Part shown: one piece after another, positions 47,819-56,314 of the stretch
How the letters are laid out: each line of letters starts with the position of its first letter
How positions within the stretch are numbered: position 1 is the stretch's first letter
Program-made: the position numbers and the translations under genes
Origin: an uncultured Bacteroidota bacterium
GTDB lineage: Bacteria; Bacteroidota; Ignavibacteria; Kryptoniales; JAKASW01
DNA: 64,000 bases
Direction: 5' to 3'
Assembly (NCBI GenBank): GCA_963768145.1
Contig: CAVYHK010000012.1
Coordinates: forward strand, 10,193-74,192
The notes under the pieces: generated by a model
The model's database searches: none
Told to the model about the DNA's origin: nothing
The model's input: the letters and a program-made list of their open reading frames with translations, nothing else

Positions 47819-48814
47819 CTAATCCTGACTGAATTTCTTTGATAGATAAATGGAGATGCCGATTATTTTCTCTTCTTCCTCTCCCTGACGGGTTTTCAGA
47901 TCATAGGTTTTGCAGATACTCTCAAGCAAGCGCATGGTTCGCTTTGTCGAGTGATGTTGGATGCTTAATTCTTCCGAGAGCTTCTGGGATATCAACGGCG
48001 AGAATTTATGAACAAGTTTCCACGCATCTTTCAGATTCCTTTTCGTCCGAAAACCGTTCGGGAAAATCCGGCGCATGGCTTCGACATCTTCAAGCAATTG
48101 TTCGGAAGGACTGAGATCTTCGTCATCTGCCCCGTAAAACTCTCTGATCTTCATTTTAACTTTCTCGATTGGAGCATCCCTTTTAATCCTATTGTTGATC
48201 GGTTCGATACAGCTGATCTCACCCATCTTCTTGTCAACATAGAGGAGTTTTTGAAGAGCCGGCATCTTGGAATAAACTCGCCGCCAATTGCTTCCGGGGG
48301 TCAACCAGACTGCAAAAGTCTCTGCCCAGTCCTCATCGGGATGTTTCTGTGCATAGTAATCGGGAAGATGCTTTACATGCCGCTTGCTCCATGGATTGAA
48401 ACGATAATAATCTGAATATTTCTTGTCGAAATTTCCGAACATCTTCCTCCACTCAGGTTCGAGATAAAGTTTGTAGGCGTAGTTCAGAGCGTGTCCGAAT
48501 TCGTGCCGAAGTCCCATCTTGATTTCGCTCTCGTTTTCAACTCCATCGTATGCCATCTCGTCTTCGATAGCAGTCAGGGTTTCATTCTGGAACCAAAACG
48601 GAATCTCGATGGATATGCTCTTGTTCACGCATCCCCAGCCGATACCAAGGTAGTATTCCGGCCTGAATTTGATGTTCTTTCTTGCGGCTTCCGCCTCGAC
48701 CCGTTTTATAAGTTTTAGAAAACTCCCACTGATCTTTGTGGGTAATTCACAGATGGGCACATCCAAGTACTTCAATTGCTCTAACGCTTCCTCAAGCTCA
48801 ACCTTCGTCATCAA
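47819..48814 (-). CDS. Putative zinc-binding metallopeptidase (Peptidase_Mx-like)
   Basis: LRHEFGHA (HExxH) and YAQKHPDEDWAETFAVWL. Confidence 0.75.
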   Translation of the reverse strand: MMTKVELEEALEQLKYLDVPICELPTKISGSFLKLIKRVEAEAARKNIKFRPEYYLGIGWGCVNKSISIEIPFWFQNETLTAIEDEMAYDGVENESEIKMGLRHEFGHALNYAYKLYLEPEWRKMFGNFDKKYSDYYRFNPWSKRHVKHLPDYYAQKHPDEDWAETFAVWLTPGSNWRRVYSKMPALQKLLYVDKKMGEISCIEPINNRIKRDAPIEKVKMKIREFYGADDEDLSPSEQLLEDVEAMRRIFPNGFRTKRNLKDAWKLVHKFSPLISQKLSEELSIQHHSTKRTMRLLESICKTYDLKTRQGEEEEKIIGISIYLSKKFSQD

Positions 48815-49116
48815 GACCTCTCAAATGCTCCTTTTTGCGACATTTTCCGATTTTTTGCGGTCTAAATAACACCAACTCATTCGAAAATACAAGCCATTTT
48901 TTTGCAACACCACCACTTCTAATTTTACGTCCAAAGGTTCAGGAACTTCTGAGTCCTTCAGCTCATTTAGCCTTATGATCCTCGAAACTAATTTAATCCG
49001 GATTGGGAAGTGAATTTTCTAATTTCTTTTGCTTGTTATGATAGGAGTGTCTCCTGGAAGTACGAACTAGTACCAGGATCCAAAAAGCATGCAATTGTCT
49101 TTACTGCACGCTCCGG

Positions 49117-49296
49117 ATCAATCTGAAAGTCTATGATGTTTTGGGAAGAGAAGTTGCGACATTAGTGGATGAGGACCAGATCGCGGGGTTGCATTCCGCG
49201 AATTTCAACGCGGTCAACATCCCGCGCGGCGTGTATTTATACCGTCTGGTGTCAGGAGATATTACAGCAACAAAGAAAATGGTACTTATCAAGTAA
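49117..49296 (+). pseudogene. Orphan T9SS C-terminal sorting-domain fragment
   Basis: INLKVYDVLGREVATLVDEDQIAGLHSANFNAVNIPRGVYLYRLVSGDITATKKMVLIK*; in-frame stops at 49039-49044 and no ATG ahead of the domain. Confidence 0.75.
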
Positions 49297-49376
49297 ATTT
49301 TCGTGTTCTTCGCTCGGCAACGTGACCGTCAATTTTTGATCCTATGTAATTTCTCTCCGGTCTGTTATTTTTCTGG

Positions 49377-50240
49377 ATGAAGTTTCTTAAGAAAAGGACA
49401 AAGCCGGACTGGATTTTCCGCGAAGGAACCGGCAAGAGTGGGAAGAAAGTTTGGCGCCTTTTTCCCGCAAGCGGCGTGCTCGTGGCCGAGTTTCGCGATG
49501 TCGACAAGAAAGCGGTGGGATTTGCTGGAATAGATTTGGCTTCAGGCTCACTCGTTTGGGAAAACGATCAACTTAAAGAGGAGTGGTGGATCACCCTAAA
49601 CACAGTTTACAGAGACACCGTCCTCCTTCAACAATTTGCCAGACCCGACATGCCTACCCCGGGCAAAATCTTCGCGCTCGATCTTCACAACGGGAAATTG
49701 TTGTGGCAAAATCAGGAAGTCTCGTTCATGAGCGTTGAAAATGGCACGATCCACTGCTTGAAAAGATCATTCTCGTCCGAATCGATAATTGGGTTAAATT
49801 TACGAACTGGGGTCGAGAGTGAGATTCCTTCGTCTGAGCTTCCCGATAAAAACGAAGTCCCCCTGTCAGAATTGGCTCTGCCAGAATTTATGGAGTTCAT
49901 TTCGGGAGGATCACAGGAGCCGACAGACCGTGACAAGCCAGTTTCACAAATGAAACTGATCGCTCTTCCAATCATTCCCTCCGATGCCATTCAACCCACA
50001 CTCCTTAGATTTGGACAGAAGAACGTTTTTGGCTTTTATGTACCATCGGGAAAAGAGGAAAAAGGAACTACTCTGTATAACGCTTGTTTAGTTGTTACAA
50101 ATTCAGAAGGGAAAGTTCTTTTTGAAGATATCGCCGACAAGAACATTTACGTGCCGTTGGCGGACTTTTACTTTGGTGTCGACGGGAGATTGATCTACGT
50201 CAGAAACTCAGAAGAGATAGTCGGCATGAAGTTAAACTGA
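49377..50240 (+). CDS. Hypothetical protein with PQQ-like propeller repeats (DUF4905-like)
   Basis: VWRL, EFRD, EEWW, ALDLHNGKLLWQ motifs. Confidence 0.6.
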   Translation: MKFLKKRTKPDWIFREGTGKSGKKVWRLFPASGVLVAEFRDVDKKAVGFAGIDLASGSLVWENDQLKEEWWITLNTVYRDTVLLQQFARPDMPTPGKIFALDLHNGKLLWQNQEVSFMSVENGTIHCLKRSFSSESIIGLNLRTGVESEIPSSELPDKNEVPLSELALPEFMEFISGGSQEPTDRDKPVSQMKLIALPIIPSDAIQPTLLRFGQKNVFGFYVPSGKEEKGTTLYNACLVVTNSEGKVLFEDIADKNIYVPLADFYFGVDGRLIYVRNSEEIVGMKLN

Positions 50241-53200
50241 TTCCTTACTCGAGAATCTCTCCCCGCTTAGAGCTATCCTGCAAGTTTCGGAGTAGGGACA
50301 AAAAGTGCAGACTCTCTCAAAAGAAAACTCTGTGAGATTGAACCGACCTGTCGTTGCTTCGGACACTTTCTCGTTGAAAATTGATTCGGTCTCAGCAAGG
50401 AGTTCTTCCATCGATTTCGGATATTCCTCAGTGGAGCTCAATTTGCGTCCGCTACCGAATGTCGGATTGTACCTCAATTCAGAGCCATCCGTTTGAACGA
50501 TAAAATTGACTAAATCTTTTCCGTCCTCCGCGCTCATCAGCCTGTCACGGTTTATCGAGATGAACGCAGCTCCTTTGACTTTCCCTTCGATTTTGTTCTC
50601 GCCGATTAGCTGATGTAAGGCGTTCAAATACAAAACTAACTGCGGCGAGATTTTGTCGCCGATGACATCCTTGCTCGTTGGAATGGTTGAAGAAGTCTTG
50701 TAATCAAAAATTGTCAGCCCATTTGAGTCAGCATCAATTCTGTCGATCTTTCCGCGCAGGAATATGTTGCCAACTCTCACCGGAGGAATCTCTTCTTTGG
50801 CTTCCTTTTCCGAATGAGCAGGATTTCGCTTCGCAAGCGGCATCCCGAAGCCCAATTCAAATTCTTTCGGCTGGAAACCATATTCCGAAAGTTTCGATTG
50901 AACTTTCTCTAAGAAGAGTTCCAGCGTTCCCTTTACGCCGGAAGCACCGAGAATTGTTTCCCGCTCAACTTCGAACAAATCATGTGTGATTCCAAGCTCA
51001 TCGAGGGTTTGTTTCCCGATTTCAAGCAGAAGTTCGAGCTCATCTTTCACAATATTGAGTTTGTTCGTTTTTGACAACTCAGTGTAAAATCGAAACAGAA
51101 TTCTATGGAGAACTGCACCTCTTTCAATCGCGCTTAAGGATGTCTCAATGTCTGGGACTTCAGCGATATGCAAGACCCTGCGCACGAAATATTGGAAGCC
51201 GCATCTGGCTAAAGATTCCAATTGAGCAGCAGAGAAGATTCTTTCCGCGAACAGACCTGACAAACGTCTGATTGAATCAGTCTCTCCAATCTTCCCGTGG
51301 AATTCGCTTTCCATATTATTCTGGTACCTTGAGAGTTCAGCTCTTTTGCATCGCTCTAAATTCGAAGGGATGAGACGAGCGTTTTCCAGTCCGATGTGCT
51401 CCAAGATTTCTGGTGAAGCTTCTATCGCTTGCTGAATATTGTAAATACTCCTTGAGCGCGCTTCATTCTTCGAGTCATCACTGCTTGTAAAATCAGAGAC
51501 ATCCTGCACAGCATCGATAAACGACGATCTAGTATGTCGCACTTCATCTGTCCTGAGAGGATGGACCAAATACAATCCCCTTTTGAATGAGTTGACTGCC
51601 TGATAGAAGAGATACCTTTGAAGATATGGCTGCATCTCCCGATTTTCTTTCTGTGAAACGAGTGGCAGAAAAATCTCGGGAGTATACCTAGTCGGAAGCT
51701 CACCTTCGTTCAGTCCGACGATAAACAGGTAATCAAATTCAAGCCCGCGAATTTCCTCAAGTGAAGTCACATACACGCCATAACCGTATTTCTGACGAAC
51801 GTTATACCGAGTCAACGAGAGCGCCGAGCGAAGTTTCTCCATCCAGATATCCAGCTCAATCTTTGTATTTCCCTTCTGCGTCTCGACATCGACGATTTCA
51901 TCAATGACATCGAGGAAGGCAGAGAGTGCCCTTGCATCGCGCTCCACTATTTCTGCCGGAACATCTCGCGCAACAATCTTCGCAATACTTTCGTGAACTC
52001 TGAGGCTGTTCAAAAGAGATATCATCGCGCCGTGAAACTCGAATGGCGTCATTTCCCTGTTTAGCGGAGCCAACTTATTTTCAACGGATTCTAAGATAGC
52101 CTGAGCTTGTCTAAGTGTTTCAGCGTTCCTACGGGTTTGGATCTCATCCTCGTCAAGTTCTTCCGAACTGAGTTTGCCGAGCAACTCGAGGCGGGATGCT
52201 ATCGCTTCTTTGAAACTCTTTAAACCCCTCTCAAACTTGCAAAGAAACGCCGCGTTATAAATGATGCTGCCTGCTGCACTTGGCGTCAGAGTGTCACTGA
52301 TAACGATGAACCTGTTTGTTATGGCACGAAGCAACGCACTTCGCTCGTAATCTGCTAATCTGATATCGATGAACGACAAGAGGGCATTTATGACGCTATT
52401 GCTTTCGAGGGTAAAACGGTCCGTGACATTTGCCGGGATCCGGTACTTAGCAAAGACCTCTCTTACAATCCGAGAATAGTTTTGTGGAAGGTATGAAGCA
52501 ACGCAAATACTGTCCAATTTCTGGCCGGGATTGCTCTTGATTATCTCTTTGATTTCTTCCGCAACAAATTCTATTTCACGCAGCTTATCGCGCACTGCTA
52601 CGACGGAGACCTTTTCTCTGAGGTTGCGTCTTACAGCCGGTGGTTCTTCCGCAAACAAATTTAAAGCAAAATATTCACGAAGATCTTGAACGTCTTCTGA
52701 TTTCCGGCTTCTAGCCCCGTCAGAATCATTTATGCTTCGTGGTCCAGTTGGCGGGACTTCCATCCTTTTGAATCCTCTTGCCGTCAGCTCCGAGGCCGTC
52801 CGGAGCATTGTTTTAAAGAGGTTTTCGTTGGCTTCAACGCAATCGAGTTTGATGAGAAACGAGAGGCCCTTTTGAGACGAAAGGATTCTCAGGAACTCAA
52901 GCTCAGGTTTCTTAAAGTCATAAAAACCTTCGACAAAGAAAGTCGCAGATCCGGCATCCTCTATCGAGCTCTGCGGGATAAGATTACCCGGGAAACTCTT
53001 GCCGATTAATTCCGGCGTCGCCGCAATTTCACGGTTCAGAAGCGAGAGGAGTCCTGCGCTGTCTATCAGTTTCGCGCCGAGACTCTTTTCGTATTCCTCA
53101 TAGATCCGAAGGAATTCTTCCAGTTTATGCCGCTCAGATTTTTCCGCTGCGACGAGCAAATTTTCATAATCTTCGGGCAGGATTCCATTTTCTCTGAGAT

Positions 53201-53600
53201 AATCAATTTGATCGACAATCTTCTTAATCGTGCCTGCTGGTGCGACCCCTTTCCTGCCGCCGGGACGATAGGATAGGTATCTAAAAAACTTAAACTCATC
53301 TTCAGATAATATTTCGCTTACAATCATTCCTTGCATCGAAGGGGAGATTATTCGCCTGCCTACTCTTAATTTTGCGTAGAGTTCCCGGGCAAACAACTCG
53401 AGTGTATAGATCGGGAGTCTGCCGAAGACAATTTCTCCCACAAGCTCCCGCTGCAATTCGCGCACACGTCTGCGAGTTGGGACAATATAGATGAAATCGT
53501 AAGCGGCTTTCGCACAGCCTACAGCGGCACGCCGCTTCACCTCGGCTGCAAAGTCTTCTACCGCTTCGCCACCAAAATTTTTCGTAAGAACAATTGCCAT
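50232..53600 (-). CDS. AddB/RexB-like inactive helicase + PD-(D/E)XK nuclease
   Basis: FSAAQLE...CGFQYF, RGAVLH, LRGKIDRID, FDYKT, QLVLY and C-terminal CTFCPYSETC (Fe-S staple cysteines). Confidence 0.85.
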   Translation of the reverse strand: MAIVLTKNFGGEAVEDFAAEVKRRAAVGCAKAAYDFIYIVPTRRRVRELQRELVGEIVFGRLPIYTLELFARELYAKLRVGRRIISPSMQGMIVSEILSEDEFKFFRYLSYRPGGRKGVAPAGTIKKIVDQIDYLRENGILPEDYENLLVAAEKSERHKLEEFLRIYEEYEKSLGAKLIDSAGLLSLLNREIAATPELIGKSFPGNLIPQSSIEDAGSATFFVEGFYDFKKPELEFLRILSSQKGLSFLIKLDCVEANENLFKTMLRTASELTARGFKRMEVPPTGPRSINDSDGARSRKSEDVQDLREYFALNLFAEEPPAVRRNLREKVSVVAVRDKLREIEFVAEEIKEIIKSNPGQKLDSICVASYLPQNYSRIVREVFAKYRIPANVTDRFTLESNSVINALLSFIDIRLADYERSALLRAITNRFIVISDTLTPSAAGSIIYNAAFLCKFERGLKSFKEAIASRLELLGKLSSEELDEDEIQTRRNAETLRQAQAILESVENKLAPLNREMTPFEFHGAMISLLNSLRVHESIAKIVARDVPAEIVERDARALSAFLDVIDEIVDVETQKGNTKIELDIWMEKLRSALSLTRYNVRQKYGYGVYVTSLEEIRGLEFDYLFIVGLNEGELPTRYTPEIFLPLVSQKENREMQPYLQRYLFYQAVNSFKRGLYLVHPLRTDEVRHTRSSFIDAVQDVSDFTSSDDSKNEARSRSIYNIQQAIEASPEILEHIGLENARLIPSNLERCKRAELSRYQNNMESEFHGKIGETDSIRRLSGLFAERIFSAAQLESLARCGFQYFVRRVLHIAEVPDIETSLSAIERGAVLHRILFRFYTELSKTNKLNIVKDELELLLEIGKQTLDELGITHDLFEVERETILGASGVKGTLELFLEKVQSKLSEYGFQPKEFELGFGMPLAKRNPAHSEKEAKEEIPPVRVGNIFLRGKIDRIDADSNGLTIFDYKTSSTIPTSKDVIGDKISPQLVLYLNALHQLIGENKIEGKVKGAAFISINRDRLMSAEDGKDLVNFIVQTDGSELRYNPTFGSGRKLSSTEEYPKSMEELLAETESIFNEKVSEATTGRFNLTEFSFERVCTFCPYSETCRIALSGERFSSKESV

Positions 53601-53601
53601 T

Positions 53602-54801
53602 TTATTCTATTTTTTTTGCATCATCGTCTATTTTCGCAACTCCTTGCAGGCGCTCTCTGAATCTACCCAACGCTTCGTGAGAATCATCGTACTTGTTCGC
53701 AGCATTCTTCAAGTGCGTGCCGAGCGTTTCGAAATGATCATCGAACTTCAGCAGAGAATTCTCAAGCTGGGCAAGCTGGTCGCGGATCAGTTGGGCATTC
53801 CTCTCGATTTGCATTCCTTTTAGCCCTATGGCGATCGCCTGAATATACGCATAGAAACTATTCGGCGAGGCGGGAATGACGTGCTTCTTCATTGCATAAC
53901 GATATGCGCCGTTCTCATCGCCTTCTTGCATCAGTAACTCGTAATACATGCTCTCCGAAGGTATGAACATTATCGCGAAATCGAAGGTGTTCTCGGTCGG
54001 CTTGATATATTTCCCAGCAATGTCGTCAATCTGATCTTTTAGCGCCTTCGAGAACTTTGTCATGGCGTTGCTTTTTTCGGAGTCGCTCTCGGCATTAACG
54101 TAACGCTCAAATTCATCTTTCGGAAATTTCGAATCGATCGGGATTAGCCTTTCGGAAGTCTTTATGATTGCGTCGACTTTTGATCCATCACGAAAGGTGT
54201 ATTGAAATTCATAGAAGCCCTGCGGTATGACTTGTTTGATTAAATCCTCAAGGAGTGTCTCGCCCAGGTTTCCACGAAGTTTCGGCGAGCTTAAAATATT
54301 CTGCAGCTGGTTTATCTGTTTTCCGATCTCGACCATATTATTGCTGGACTCCTTCAACTGACCGAAGTCCTGCTTAAGAGACGAAAATAGATTATTGGCT
54401 TCGGAGAGCTGCCCCCCGACCTGAGAACCGATGCTGGTGAGACGCTCTTCAACCGACCCGCGAAGGCTTTCAACTTGTTTGCCGACGATGTTTGCTAATT
54501 GGGAAACTTGGCTCGCAAGCTGCTCGACCTGCGAGTTTGTTCCTGCCCGGTTCTCCTCCATTCCTTTAGACAGGGTATTCGCCACCAGCTGAAGTGTGCC
54601 TGCCATGGTTTCATTGTTGGTACGTGTCGTCTCAGACGCAGATTTAATTGCGGATTCGACATCCGCTTTAAACACGGTAAACAATTGCATTACTTGTTCT
54701 GATGATGAGTGCTGCTTGGTTGATAGATTCCTGAATTGGAGGAAAATCAAAATCATTCCGACGAACAATAATGCGATGATAGACAAGATTATTGGTTCCA
54801 C
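53602..54801 (-). CDS. rmuC: DNA recombination protein RmuC
   Basis: N-terminal TM, coiled coil, PKLRGNLGE, IPIDSKFP, TFDFAIMFIPSE, ASPN. Confidence 0.92.
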   Translation of the reverse strand: MEPIILSIIALLFVGMILIFLQFRNLSTKQHSSSEQVMQLFTVFKADVESAIKSASETTRTNNETMAGTLQLVANTLSKGMEENRAGTNSQVEQLASQVSQLANIVGKQVESLRGSVEERLTSIGSQVGGQLSEANNLFSSLKQDFGQLKESSNNMVEIGKQINQLQNILSSPKLRGNLGETLLEDLIKQVIPQGFYEFQYTFRDGSKVDAIIKTSERLIPIDSKFPKDEFERYVNAESDSEKSNAMTKFSKALKDQIDDIAGKYIKPTENTFDFAIMFIPSESMYYELLMQEGDENGAYRYAMKKHVIPASPNSFYAYIQAIAIGLKGMQIERNAQLIRDQLAQLENSLLKFDDHFETLGTHLKNAANKYDDSHEALGRFRERLQGVAKIDDDAKKIE

Positions 54802-54932
54802 ATTTTCTCCTTATCGAATCTCAAATTCGAAGTGCCACGCCACAATTGTTACTCGTGGAATGCCTCCAGAAACTTGTACGGTTTTTAAAACAGCATCTGC
54901 GAAAACCTTCAAGGGTAATGAACTTCCGCATG

Positions 54933-55065
54933 CCCACCCCATCCCCGCATAAGAACATTGCGGGACAGGCCTGACCTTCCCCCACAAGGGAAAGGAATTG
55001 GCATCCCCTCTCCTCGTAGAAGAGGGTCAGAGCTTGCCCCGAACATGATTCGGGGGTCAGGTGAG
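54933..55065. repeat. Composite (nested) palindromic repeat element
   Basis: Two inverted CCTTCCC..GGGAAAGG / CCCCTCTCC..AGAGGG units, each interrupted by a smaller palindrome. Confidence 0.7.
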
Positions 55066-55088
55066 TTTTCTTTGCGACATTATTGTTG

Positions 55089-56009
55089 TCAAAACATCTT
55101 CTTTCTTCGCGTTAGATATGCTGTCAAAGCCTTATCAAACGGCGTCGAAGTGCTGATGAGTGTATAATCGATGTCGTTCTCGAAGCACCTGCTTTTCAAC
55201 TCGTGGATGAAGCTGCTTACACTTTTCTTATAGGCTGTTTTCAAAGCGGGAGCCTGCGTGGAAATGTGTTCTCCTGTTTCGAGATCGGTAAACAGGGTGT
55301 CGCCTGGAAAATCCAGGTTTATTTCTGAGTCGTCCAGAATGTGAAATGCTATGACTTCGTTCTTCCGATGACGGAAATGTTTCAACGCAGTGATGACGCT
55401 CCTGGTTTCATCCAGGAAGTCGCTTATTACAATTATCAAACCGCGGCGTTTTATTCTCTCGGCAAGAGAAGAGAGCGCCGTTGCTGTCGCGGTCTTTGCA
55501 TTGGGCCGCATGTCCGACAGCTCCGCAAGAAGCAATTTCATGTACGAATAAGTGAGATGCGGTTCAAAGAAACGTCTGATCGTTTCGTCATAAATTGCAA
55601 GACCGGTTGCATCCTGCTGTTTCATCATCAGGTAAATCAAGCCAGCGGCAAGGTAAGATGCATATTCAAGTTTGGTTACCTCACCATCGCGCTTGCCCGA
55701 GAGACCCGGTTTGGGGAATCCCATCGAGTTGCTTGCATCTATGAGAATGTAAGCCTTAAGATTCGTCTCTTCCTCATATTGTTTTATGTAGAGACGGTCG
55801 GTTCTGCCGAAAACTTTCCAGTCGATGTTGCTTATGTCGTCGCCTGGGAAATATTGTCTGTGTTCTGCAAACTCGACGCTGAAGCCGTGGTACGGACTTC
55901 GATGCATCCCGACGAGAAATCCTTCAACGATCAATCTTGCTCTAAGTTCCATTCCGGATAATTGGGAGATGAATTGGGGGGTCAATATTTTAAGTGCGTT
56001 TTCGCTCAT
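55089..56009 (-). CDS. DUF58 (vWA-like, MoxR-associated) protein
   Basis: G.HRSPYHGFSVEFAEHRQY.PGDD...IDWK, YEEETNL, ISDF. Confidence 0.92.
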   Translation of the reverse strand: MSENALKILTPQFISQLSGMELRARLIVEGFLVGMHRSPYHGFSVEFAEHRQYFPGDDISNIDWKVFGRTDRLYIKQYEEETNLKAYILIDASNSMGFPKPGLSGKRDGEVTKLEYASYLAAGLIYLMMKQQDATGLAIYDETIRRFFEPHLTYSYMKLLLAELSDMRPNAKTATATALSSLAERIKRRGLIIVISDFLDETRSVITALKHFRHRKNEVIAFHILDDSEINLDFPGDTLFTDLETGEHISTQAPALKTAYKKSVSSFIHELKSRCFENDIDYTLISTSTPFDKALTAYLTRRKKMF

Positions 56010-56314
56010 GTATAAGTAAATTTACCAAAATCAGAAGCCAAAACCATCCAGAAACTTGCTGACCGATCCCGTTGCTTCCGACGGACTATCAGCTTGGAGA
56101 TTCCCATTAGTCAACCGGGTGCCGTCGAGAGATTGATGGGCGAACTGCTACACCACCGTCTGCTTTGTATATTTCTTCATATTTCCACAAATTGTCCGAG
56201 TGGAAGATATTGCGGTCCGGAATTGGCGCAAGTTCAGGGAAGTGCCGTGAGAACCTGCGATCCGGTTTCATGGCTTCCGAAGACCGATAATTGAAGTAAA
56301 GGGGAAAGACTGGC

